A DNA stretch of 64,000 nucleotides, taken from contig OZ024741.1 of assembly GCA_964016885.1 (NCBI GenBank), forward strand, positions 391,654,001-391,718,000, written 5' to 3'. The position numbers were made by a program, and so were the translations under genes. The DNA comes from Eledone cirrhosa (lineage: Eukaryota). Numbering within the stretch: the stretch's first letter is position 1; each line of letters begins with the position of its first letter. The notes beneath the pieces were generated by a model. It was given only the letters and a program-made list of their open reading frames with translations. It ran no database searches and was not told the origin of the DNA. Shown here piece by piece: positions 56,024-64,000 of the stretch.

Positions 56024-57325
56024 ACGAGTAGGGTAGTCAATCTCCCCCACCCCCAAAACAAGCCGAGACGAAGCTATCCCTGTAAACCCATACATCGCTT
56101 CCGTTATATATTACCGCCTGGTTGTCGCGTCTTGCCCCAGTTCTCGTCTCACCAGATTGAAGCGTCTGCTTTTTTGCTACTTGTTGAGGGGACACATTCC
56201 ATTGGTCAAGCGGTCAATATGCTGCCTACACCCTTTGCATGGAGAACTCGACATGCCGTAGTTATTTATGCGCTGACATGCGTTGAGACTGCGGAATGTG
56301 CAAATGTTCTTAGACGATGAACAGGTGTGGTCACCCTTTATCAGGCGTGTCTTTCTGCAGTTCGTCTCTTTGACAAGCTGCGGTCTTGAGTCAGGTAAAG
56401 ACTGAGACTTGGCGACTGCCATATGGATGTTGCTAGACGTTCACAACTCATTACCAATTAGGCTACCGGAGTGAGGAGGCACTGTCGGTTCGAGACAAAC
56501 TCTACAGGCACCGAAGAGCTGGCAGACGGGATTGTCTGAGATGCGAGTAAAGCTATGAAACCGTTCTGCACGCACTCGTCCAGTGTCCAAGCATTGCTGA
56601 CTTGTAGAGTTTCGTCAAACAACTGTTGTCGCGGGTAGGACGGATCCGGCTATCGGTTGACTCCATCAAGAAGATCATCTCACCACCTTTGTTTGGCTGG
56701 GAAGGGCAGGTAGTTTTCCTCTATCTGGTGGCTACGGCGAAAGAGGTTTAAAGTCACATTGAAGACACAATCCTCCTTGGCCATCGACTTTTTTCACGTT
56801 TCATTTGGAAAGGAAGGTGAGGGTGCAAAGGGAAGTACTGCCCTTCAGTATATTTGTTAAAATGTGGGTGAATGTAGCGAGAGTGGTTCGAGTAAGATGC
56901 GGCCGTAAGTTAGAGAGATCAGAGACGAGAGAGGCAGTTTCCTATAGTGCTCATGACGATTTCGTATTTGCGGGGTTCCTAAATTATTCCTGAGTGGAGC
57001 TCTCCCTTATTCTTACATTATTACCTATTTTGGTGAATTGGCAGTATCGGTAGAGGGTCACACGCCATGCTTTCTAGCATAGTTACGTCCCTTTGCAGTC
57101 TGAGTTCAAATCCCGACTAGGTTAACTTTTCCTTTCATCCTTACGGGGTCGATAAAATAAAGTACCAGTAATGTACTGGGTAATTGCTGGCCTTGTGCCT
57201 AAAGTAGAAACAATTATTACCTATTTTGTTCTTTTTCTGATTAATTGATCTATGTAAATCACAACTGTTTCTGTTCATTTGTATTTGTTTGTTGTGTTTC
57301 AGCCTTAGCGGCAAATAAACAAAGA
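56024..57325 (+). mobile_element. Decayed 5'-truncated Tx1-type LINE, a relative of the intact element at 57383-63269
   Basis: Manual translation gives TSRVVNL, AETKLSL, YIASVIYYRLVVASCPSSRLTRLKRLLF...RSICCLHPL...HALRLR...QVWSPF, ALSVRDKLYRH...ETVLHALVQCPSIADL and FHLERKVRVQREVL. All are colinear with the C-terminal part of the 1139-aa ORF2, with stops and internal deletions. It ends AAATAAACAAAGA-ATTATT. Confidence 0.93.
57033..57212 (+). mobile_element. tRNA-derived SINE inserted in the 3' UTR of the decayed Tx1, with 16-bp TSD
   Basis: A-box TGGCAGTATCGG and B-box GAGTTCAAATCC are present. It is flanked by ATTATTACCTATTTTG at 57017-57032 and 57213-57228. Confidence 0.92.
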
Positions 57326-57336
57326 ATTATTCAATT

Positions 57337-57351
57337 TACTACTACTACTAC

Positions 57352-57382
<31 letters not shown>
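57337..57382. repeat. Compound (TAC)5(TAA)10 microsatellite at the 3' junction of the intact LINE
   Basis: Directly visible. Confidence 0.97.
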
Positions 57383-57383
<1 letters not shown>

Positions 57384-57388
57384 TTTTC

Positions 57389-57394
57389 TTTATT
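57389..57394 (-). promoter_or_regulatory. AATAAA polyadenylation-like signal at the LINE 3' terminus
   Basis: The minus strand reads CCCTTGTGGTT-AATAAA-GAAAAC, then (ATT)n. Confidence 0.5.
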
Positions 57395-57626
57395 AACCAC
57401 AAGGGTTCACATAAAGTAGACATTAAGGACAGTACAGGACAATACAGGACGGTACAAATGGGCATTTCTGCGTGTAAAAAAACAGAGGTTGAAAATAAAA
57501 TAACAAAGAAAAATTCCCCAATAGGGGGGAGACTTCCAAGGGACATTTGTGGAGAAAGCCCATTAAAAGACCACAGTGGCCCTGACCACCAGGGCAAGTG
57601 CCCTCTCCCAGTTTTCCACCTTTAAT

Positions 57627-60600
57627 TTACAGACACATACTCAGAGAAGGCCCATTCATTCGGGCCATACTTGCTTCTCTCACCCATCTTTCAACAAAAT
57701 GCTGGGAAGAGAGCACTTCCCTCTCTACCCTGATTTTTCTTTTCGAATGAAATTTGAAAAAGTTAATCAGGGCATCACCGAAGAGGTAAGTGCTCGTCTT
57801 CAGCCCTTTCAAACGTGTCCACCATACTATCTCTTTCGCCATGGCCACCAGACAGATAAAAACTGCCTGCCCTTCCAGGCTAAAGGAAGGGGGCGGGGCA
57901 ATCCTCACGATGGACTCAGCTGATAGCTGGATCCGTCCTACACGTGACAGCAGGTGTTCGACATAAACCCACAAGTCAGCAATGCTCGGACACTGGACGA
58001 GTGCGTGCAGGACGGTTTCGTCGCCCTGCGCGCATCTCGGACATGCCCGGCTGACGGCACCTCCATGCCTGTAGAGTTTATCCCGAACTGGCAAAGCTCC
58101 TCGGTAGCACTGCCAGGCCAGGGATTTCTGGAAGTTGTCCATAGGCCCCGGCCCGAAAGTCCTTCCGAAGAGATTGGCTAGTTGATTTTCGTCGACGCCT
58201 AGAGTTTCTCCAAGTACGTCGTCGCTCTTCCCCTCCACTAATCCCCTATAGAAAGCCAAGGTGGAGTTTCCACCGATCACATTGCCCGATTGGTCGAGGG
58301 CTGTGAGCGCCTGAAGACATTCCAGTCTCCAAGCGCTCCCTCTCGGTCTTCGCTTGACCCAGGACTGCAGCTCCGTCAAGGAGACGAGCTGGGAAAAAAC
58401 GTGTCTTGCAAACGGCGACCACACCTGATCACCGTCGAGGAAGAGGTGGAGATGTCGTAGCCTGAGCGCGTGTCTGCGCATCATCAGCCACGGCATGCCC
58501 AGCCCTCCACGTAGCGGGTGTTGACAGCAGATGGACCGCCTGACCATCGGAGCGCGTCCCTTCCACAAGAAGCGAAAGAGCAAACGCTCCAGCGCAGTCA
58601 GGCGGGGCTTAGGACAAGGTATGACGGTCAGGCGGTAGTAGATGACGGATGCGATGTACGCATTCGCCACCTCCGCTCGACCTTTCAGGGATAGCTTCCT
58701 CTCGGCCCATTTCTGGGTGAGAGAAGCCACCCTGCTCGTCACCTCGTCCCAGTTTTTGTCCGTCTGGAGGTCTGGACCGAACCACACCCCTAGCAATTTA
58801 ACCGGTCCGTCCGTCCAGCGCCCGACGACGCTGTTGGACGGCATGGACCTGCCTCTCCAGGTGCCGAGCTGCAGGCCCACTGACTTTTCCTGGTTGATCA
58901 TTGCTCCTGTCACCGCTTCGTATTCTCTTAGTGTAGTGCCGATCGCCTCGATGTGTTTGGCGTTCGATACCACTACGGTGACATCGTCCGCATATGCTGA
59001 CACGGATCTTCCGCATCCTAGTTCGCGCGGGACCCCCCTCAACGTCTCCAGTTTGTGCAGTAATGGCTCGAGAGTCAATACGTACAATAGGGACGAGAGG
59101 GGACATCCTTGGCGGACCGAGCGCATGATGCTGAACGGTTCCGAAAGGTGACCGTTCACTCTTACTACAGAGCAGATGTCGCTGTGCATGGCAGCGATCC
59201 AGCCTCTGAAGACGGGCCCAAAGCCAGCCGCCCTCAGGACTGCCGTTAGGTAACGATGGTCGACCCTATCGAAGGCTTTCGACTGATCTAAATTGATCAA
59301 AGACCCACCCGTGCCAGGTTCCCTAGCTACCCTCTCTACGATGTATCGCATGAGGTGGAGGTTGTCGTGGATGGATCTGTCGGGAATGGCGCATGTCTGT
59401 GCTTCTCCCACCAGACCACCAACGAGAAGCGCCAACCTCTTTGCTAGCACCTTGGCCAAAATCTTGAACTCTGTGTTTAGCAGAGTTATGGGCCTAAAAT
59501 TATCTATGTTATCCCCCTTGTTCGGATCCTTTCTCAGCAGCGCCACCGCTCCTCGGTTCACAGAGCTGGGAATTCTCCCGTTCTGTTGCCAGTTGGAGTA
59601 GACGTCCGCCAAGAGGCCTCCGAACAAGTTTGGCATTTGTACGTAAAGTTCATAGGGCAGACCATCCAAACCAGGCGATTTACCCCTTGTGCAACTAGTC
59701 ATTGCATCCCGTACTTCAGCGGTTGTTATCGGCTTTTCGCAACACTCCGCCTCAGTGGCCGAAAGCCGCGGCAGTCCATCGAGGTAGACACTAAAGTCCA
59801 TCCCTCGATCCGGCCCGCCACTGCCCCCGAACAGTTGAGCGAAGTGTCGCTGAAAAGCTTCACACATTTGCCCGGGATCGAGTAGCATGCGCCCGTCGTG
59901 GTCCACCAAAGACCGGATCGTGGCTTTGTTGCCACGACGCGCCTCCGCCACTCGGGCCCATTGAACGGCTTTCGTCCCCTCGTGTCTGAGAGCACGCACC
60001 CTAGCTCTGACAACGCAGCCTTCGTGCTTTGCATTGAAGAATTGGTCAAGGGCCAATTTCGCCGCAAGTACGTCGGTCGCGATGCCTTTGCTAAGCGCCT
60101 CTTCTAATTTTCTAACTAATTCTCCCTCTGCTCTATTTTTCTCTATTGCTAAAGTCTTACTAAACCTAATGGACTCTATTCTAATTGCTCTTTTCAGAGC
60201 AAACCACCACTTGTTGTTGACGATGGCCCCCGTCAACGCCCGCTTAACTAGTTCGCTAATCCGGTCTCTGTAGTCCTTGCGCGCTGGTAAGGACGCGTTT
60301 AGCTTCCAGTAGCCGGGTCCTTGTCTATGAAGCCTATCTAAGTCAAGCACACAGATCACGAATTTGTGGTCCGTGTAGCTGACTATCTTGAATTGTGGAC
60401 AGCCTATGCTAGACCTATCTATTTCCCTACAAAATACTCTATCTAGATATGATCTGGATGACCCTATGCGATTTGTCCAAGTCCACATTGGTACATTCGG
60501 GAAATTCATTCGGTACCTGTCAGACAGTTCAAAACGTCTGAGCAGGTTGGTGAGACTCTTGCACCCTCCTTCCCTATCCACTAATCCCACACAATCCCAG

Positions 60601-61046
60601 CGTGCATCTAAGATCCCGTTCCAGTCGCCCACTAACACTAAAGAGCGGGACGTTCCAAGAAAGGTCTCCAGACGCCGGAAGAAATCAGGCCGCCCTGCTC
60701 CTGTCGGGGCATAGACGGCCACTAACCTGAAAGCTTGCCCGTCTCCGCTGGTCACGTCCAGCACCCCTAACTTACCTTCTGGGTCCAGGAAGATGGCCCG
60801 TATGGCAAGATCCAAACCTCTCCGAAAAAGCACAGCAACTCCTCCCCCCGATCCCGGACGGCTGGGAGATGCGTACACATCGTAGCCGCCGAAGATCGGT
60901 GCGAAAGCCTGTGCTTCGGAGATTCTGGTCTCGCTGATGGCCACTACATCTATGTTTAGTGACCTGAGGTCGTTGAGCAGGTGGCCCTGCTTCCATGACG
61001 ACCCCAAGCCACGCGCATTTATGCTGCCTATTCTGAGTGAGGTCAT
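57627..61046 (-). CDS. LINE ORF2: apurinic-like endonuclease, reverse transcriptase and C-terminal CCHC (zf-RVT), 1139 aa, intact
   Basis: APE motifs SINARGL, ISETR, VYAP, GDWN, YLDRVF and TDH. RT motifs KSPGLDG, NFRPITLLN, LDQSKAFDRVDH, RQGCPLS, YADD and KLLGV. C-terminal CPRC-x7/8-H-x4-C. Confidence 0.97.
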   Translation of the reverse strand: MTSLRIGSINARGLGSSWKQGHLLNDLRSLNIDVVAISETRISEAQAFAPIFGGYDVYASPSRPGSGGGVAVLFRRGLDLAIRAIFLDPEGKLGVLDVTSGDGQAFRLVAVYAPTGAGRPDFFRRLETFLGTSRSLVLVGDWNGILDARWDCVGLVDREGGCKSLTNLLRRFELSDRYRMNFPNVPMWTWTNRIGSSRSYLDRVFCREIDRSSIGCPQFKIVSYTDHKFVICVLDLDRLHRQGPGYWKLNASLPARKDYRDRISELVKRALTGAIVNNKWWFALKRAIRIESIRFSKTLAIEKNRAEGELVRKLEEALSKGIATDVLAAKLALDQFFNAKHEGCVVRARVRALRHEGTKAVQWARVAEARRGNKATIRSLVDHDGRMLLDPGQMCEAFQRHFAQLFGGSGGPDRGMDFSVYLDGLPRLSATEAECCEKPITTAEVRDAMTSCTRGKSPGLDGLPYELYVQMPNLFGGLLADVYSNWQQNGRIPSSVNRGAVALLRKDPNKGDNIDNFRPITLLNTEFKILAKVLAKRLALLVGGLVGEAQTCAIPDRSIHDNLHLMRYIVERVAREPGTGGSLINLDQSKAFDRVDHRYLTAVLRAAGFGPVFRGWIAAMHSDICSVVRVNGHLSEPFSIMRSVRQGCPLSSLLYVLTLEPLLHKLETLRGVPRELGCGRSVSAYADDVTVVVSNAKHIEAIGTTLREYEAVTGAMINQEKSVGLQLGTWRGRSMPSNSVVGRWTDGPVKLLGVWFGPDLQTDKNWDEVTSRVASLTQKWAERKLSLKGRAEVANAYIASVIYYRLTVIPCPKPRLTALERLLFRFLWKGRAPMVRRSICCQHPLRGGLGMPWLMMRRHALRLRHLHLFLDGDQVWSPFARHVFSQLVSLTELQSWVKRRPRGSAWRLECLQALTALDQSGNVIGGNSTLAFYRGLVEGKSDDVLGETLGVDENQLANLFGRTFGPGPMDNFQKSLAWQCYRGALPVRDKLYRHGGAVSRACPRCAQGDETVLHALVQCPSIADLWVYVEHLLSRVGRIQLSAESIVRIAPPPSFSLEGQAVFICLVAMAKEIVWWTRLKGLKTSTYLFGDALINFFKFHSKRKIRVEREVLSSQHFVERWVREASMARMNGPSLSMCL

Positions 61047-61080
61047 GTTGAAAAGGAGTGGAAAAGATGGGAAAGACCAC

Positions 61081-61646
61081 TTACCTTACTTCTCGTAGGG
61101 GAAGGACGGCTTTTCCATCCTTTTCACTGCTTGTGGCCTCCTCAGGAAGGATGTCCTTATAAATCCTCCTGGAGAGTGCTTGTCGGAAGTCTCCGATGTC
61201 TTTGGGGAATTTTTGTTTTAGTGTCATGTACGTTTTCTGTGTGATGCGAGTGATTTGTATGTGTGGAGGTGGTGTGAATTTTGGGGTTGTTGTGTAGTCT
61301 TTTTCTGTGATGCTGGTGTTGTGTTGGATGTAGTGTAATAATTGCTTGTTGTTCAAATTTAATGCTGTGTAGTGTGTATCGTTTTGGTTGTTTTGTTTTG
61401 TTTGCGTTTGTTGTGGGTTTGTTTCTGTTTCGCATTTTGGTGACTTTTGTGGTGTAGGTGATGGTGGTGCTGGGGATAATGATGGTGATGGTGTTGGTGT
61501 TTGGGTTGATGGGGTTGGTGATGCTGGTGTGGATGGTGGCATATCTGTCCTAACTTTTTTGTTTCTTAGTTTATTTGTTTCCCTCTGTATTTTGTTTTTG
61601 GAGGGGGAAGGAAGAGAATTTTTTCTTTTTTGGTTTCTTTTTTTTT
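61081..61646 (-). CDS. C-terminal portion of LINE ORF1 in the +1 frame (Pro/Ser/Thr-rich, basic)
   Basis: The 198-aa ORF 61081-61677 overlaps the ORF1 end. Removing one base from the A9 run (T9 at 61638-61646) joins ...WETISGKK to RNQKRKNSLPSPSK... Confidence 0.7.
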
Positions 61647-63061
61647 CCGGATATCGTTTCCCACTCCTCGTCGTCACAATCTGTCTCCAGTTGTGATAGG
61701 CCGGGGAGTGGAAAATCCTCCACAGCCGTTAGTTTTGGTTGTGGTGTGGTGGATGGTGTAGGCGCTGGTGCTAGTTCTGAAGCGTTGGGTGGTGGTGGTG
61801 TTGGTTTTGCTGGTGGTGATAGTGGTGTTGGTTTTGCTACTATTGCTGGGGTTGTTGCTGTTATAGTTGCTTCTGTTGTTGCTGCTACAGTTGTTGCTGC
61901 CATCTCTGCTACTGGTGGTGTTGATGGTTGTGTCACTGGGGTGGGTAGGAGAGGTGGCCTCAACCTTTTAGCCTGAGGGCAGAAAGCCCTTAGGTGGGTT
62001 CCTTCACCACAAACGACACACCTAGGTCTTCTGCCCTCGACAATTACCGTGAGGTGGCTGCCGTCAGTGAGGTCTATTACCTCTGGGATCTCCTCAATGC
62101 CTTTTTGGTCCGCTTGGATCAGGAGCTCCATCCCAGATCCGGACCAGTTTTCCTGCTTTTCTTTTGCTACTGCTATTATTTTCGTGTTGGCTTCGATGCC
62201 GGCGAGGACAGCCGCTATTAGCCAGGGAATTTCGATGGCCGGTGGAACGTGGGTCACCCTGATCTTTACGAGTCTCTGGCCACAATAGCTTGGGACGAGT
62301 GTGAGGTCGTCACTTTTTAATGGGGCCATGGAGTGTTCTCTAGCCTCCTCTGGTGTTTCAAAGAACACATCCACGGTTCCATTCTTTTGCCCACGTCTGA
62401 TGTGGGTTTTTCTTGCCCACACATGTCCCAAAGCTTTTTGGATTTGGGACTCGGATGCCCGTTCCACTCGGCGCGATTTTACATTTATTGTTCTATACGA
62501 CACGGTGCACAGGCGCCGATGCTCCATTTTATTAGGTGGGGGGGGGGTGAGGCTGACCCTGTACCCATCTTTCTTTACCATTTGTTTGGCATTTTCTAAA
62601 TCTTCTTGAGTTACCGTGAACGCTTCGAATTGTTTTGCTACGATGGCGAAACTGAGGGTCGGTTTTATAATGTCATTGTTGTTGTTGTTGCTATCGTTAA
62701 TATTAATTTTAGTTTCAGTTGTGGTGGTGGTGACGTCAGTCGTCTTTGGTGGGGAAGAGTCCATTTTGCTTGATTTCATTTCGACATCACGAGTTAATTT
62801 ATTTTTTTCTTCTTTTGTTTCTGTTGTCGCGGTGGTGGTGGTGGTGGTGGTGGTTGTCGCGGTGGTGGAGGCTTTAACACCTGCAGTCATTGGTAATGGC
62901 GGGAAATGAATGTCTGCCTGAGACAAATTTAAAATATTGCTACTGCTTATATTTTTTTTTGTGTTGGCAAACGTAGTAACATTTACAATGGTGGTGTCGG
63001 TGTGAGGTGTTAATTTGTGAGGAAGGCTTTCAGCTGCTTCGTGCAGAGGTGAATTAGCCAT
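61571..63061 (-). CDS. LINE ORF1 (gag-like nucleic-acid-binding protein) with CX2CX4HX4C zinc knuckle
   Basis: Knuckle CVVCGEGTHLRAFC is preceded by an RRM-like region (TVDVFFET..., KIRVTHVPP). The termini are low-complexity Thr/Pro. The first ATG is at 63061 (the track start at 63070 is a TTG). Confidence 0.85.
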   Translation of the reverse strand: MANSPLHEAAESLPHKLTPHTDTTIVNVTTFANTKKNISSSNILNLSQADIHFPPLPMTAGVKASTTATTTTTTTTTATTETKEEKNKLTRDVEMKSSKMDSSPPKTTDVTTTTTETKININDSNNNNNDIIKPTLSFAIVAKQFEAFTVTQEDLENAKQMVKKDGYRVSLTPPPPNKMEHRRLCTVSYRTINVKSRRVERASESQIQKALGHVWARKTHIRRGQKNGTVDVFFETPEEAREHSMAPLKSDDLTLVPSYCGQRLVKIRVTHVPPAIEIPWLIAAVLAGIEANTKIIAVAKEKQENWSGSGMELLIQADQKGIEEIPEVIDLTDGSHLTVIVEGRRPRCVVCGEGTHLRAFCPQAKRLRPPLLPTPVTQPSTPPVAEMAATTVAATTEATITATTPAIVAKPTPLSPPAKPTPPPPNASELAPAPTPSTTPQPKLTAVEDFPLPGLSQLETDCDDEEWETISGKKKKPKKKKFSSFPLQKQNTEGNK

Positions 63062-63269
63062 TTTTTTCAAAGAAATTTTTTTGATAATAATAAAAGTTTA
63101 AATTTTGGGCACAAGGCCCCAATCTTTTTGGGTGTCCTTTTCGGAAAACAATGTATGTGCGCTTATAAACAGTTAACAATAAAATTTTCCATAAATGACA
63201 ATTTTTAACAAACGGAAATAACAAACCTTTGCGGAGCTCACGATGATACGATTTACTACGTAGGTCGCC

Positions 63270-63331
<62 letters not shown>
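63270..63331. repeat. (AAT)n microsatellite, about 20 units, between two divergently oriented LINEs
   Basis: Directly visible. Confidence 0.98.
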
Positions 63332-63333
<2 letters not shown>

Positions 63334-64000
63334 CATTCTGGAGAGGAATATGGGAGCAGGATGTTAGACATAATGTCCAGGCAGGGTGGATTGAGACAGT
63401 ACAGAGGGAGATCGGTGAGCAGGCACACCAACAAACTGATTTGAGTATCACAGTTGAAACTCTTAAGGGGCAGGCCAAAAAACTAACCAACTGGAAATCA
63501 CCAGGCCCAGATGGTGTGCAGGGGTATTGGATTAAAAATTTAACATCCCTCCACCCGAAGCTGACGGGCATGTTCAATGACTGCTTGGTGTCGGGTGAGG
63601 TGCCAGAGTGGTTGACAAAAGGTACCACAGTTCTGATAATGAAAGACCGAATCAAGGGTAATGATGTTACCAACTATAGACCTATCACATGTCTGTCCGT
63701 AATGTGGAAACTGTTGACGAGCATTGTGTCTGAGGAAATCTACCATCACCTCCACACAAACAACTTGTTACCGGACGAACAGAAAGGATGCCGAAAGAAG
63801 TCACGTGGTACAAAGGACCAGTTACTTATTGATAAGATGGTAATGGGGAATTGCAGGAGGAGACACACTGATCTTGCCATGGGATGGATAGACTACAGAA
63901 GGGCATTTGACATGGTGCCTCATTCTTGGATCACCAAAAGCCTGGAGATCTTCAGGGTGGCAGATAACATCAGACAGTTGCTGGGCAGGAGTATGGGGTC
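63330..64000 (+). mobile_element. 5'-truncated Dong/R4-type LINE RT region, open frame running off the window end (not in the ORF track)
   Basis: Manual translation from 63336 without stops: FWRGIWEQ...NWKSPGPDGVQGYWIK...PEWLTKGTTVLIMKD...NYRPITCLSVMWKLLTSI...EQKGCRKKSRGTKDQLLIDK...WIDYRRAFDMVPHSWI. These are characteristic R4/Dong RT domains 0-3. Confidence 0.92.

Larger units (their letters stand above)
57383..63269 (-). mobile_element. Apparently full-length (about 5.9 kb) Tx1-clade (L1 group) non-LTR retrotransposon
   Basis: About 200-nt 5' region, zinc-knuckle ORF1, 34-nt spacer, APE-RT-CCHC ORF2 and 244-nt 3' UTR with AATAAA. It is bounded by (TTA)n on both sides. The 5' boundary could alternatively be near 63083. 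Confidence 0.9.

Noticed and set aside
57245-62909. Numerous plus-strand and alternative-frame ORFs overlapping the LINE
   Set aside because: These are antisense or off-frame shadows of ORF1/ORF2 or microsatellite read-through (poly-N, -L, -V), with no independent coding evidence.
63168-63177. AACAGTTAAC in the LINE 5' region, identical to part of the satellite monomer
   Set aside because: The match is only 10 bp in AT-rich DNA with non-matching flanks, which is insufficient to claim the satellite derives from the LINE.
63054-63755. Minus-strand ORFs with poly-Ile/poly-Leu as an upstream LINE ORF or signal peptide
   Set aside because: They are artefacts of translating (TTA)n and the antisense strand of the Dong-like RT.

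Overview
Eukaryotic (animal) repetitive DNA with no host protein-coding gene. The tRNA-SINEs resemble octopus/cephalopod families as I recall them, but this is unverified. Bases 1-51878 are one uninterrupted tandem array of a 44-bp monomer (GACCTAGTTACTAACAGTTAACTGGTCAAACCCAACTATTCAAT, about 1,180 copies). It is built from successive 1.4-4.1 kb higher-order duplications, and each monomer carries an imperfect hairpin and a 10-bp palindrome. The last 12 kb is a nest of retroelements: a Penelope-like RT fragment abutting the array, a decayed R4/Dong-type (RLE) LINE 3' half, several tRNA-derived SINEs (two with 16-bp TSDs, one containing a C-rich minisatellite), a decayed Tx1-type LINE, an apparently full-length Tx1-type LINE (minus strand, intact 1139-aa APE-RT ORF2, ORF1 split by one extra base in an A9 run) flanked by (AAT)n on both sides, and an open-frame 5'-truncated Dong/R4-type RT starting in the same (AAT)n. 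The best candidate for an undescribed system is an ATT/TAA-repeat-targeting Tx1 LINE whose 3' terminus matches the 3' tail of the local SINE family (a putative LINE-SINE partnership) and which shares its target with a Dong-like element.
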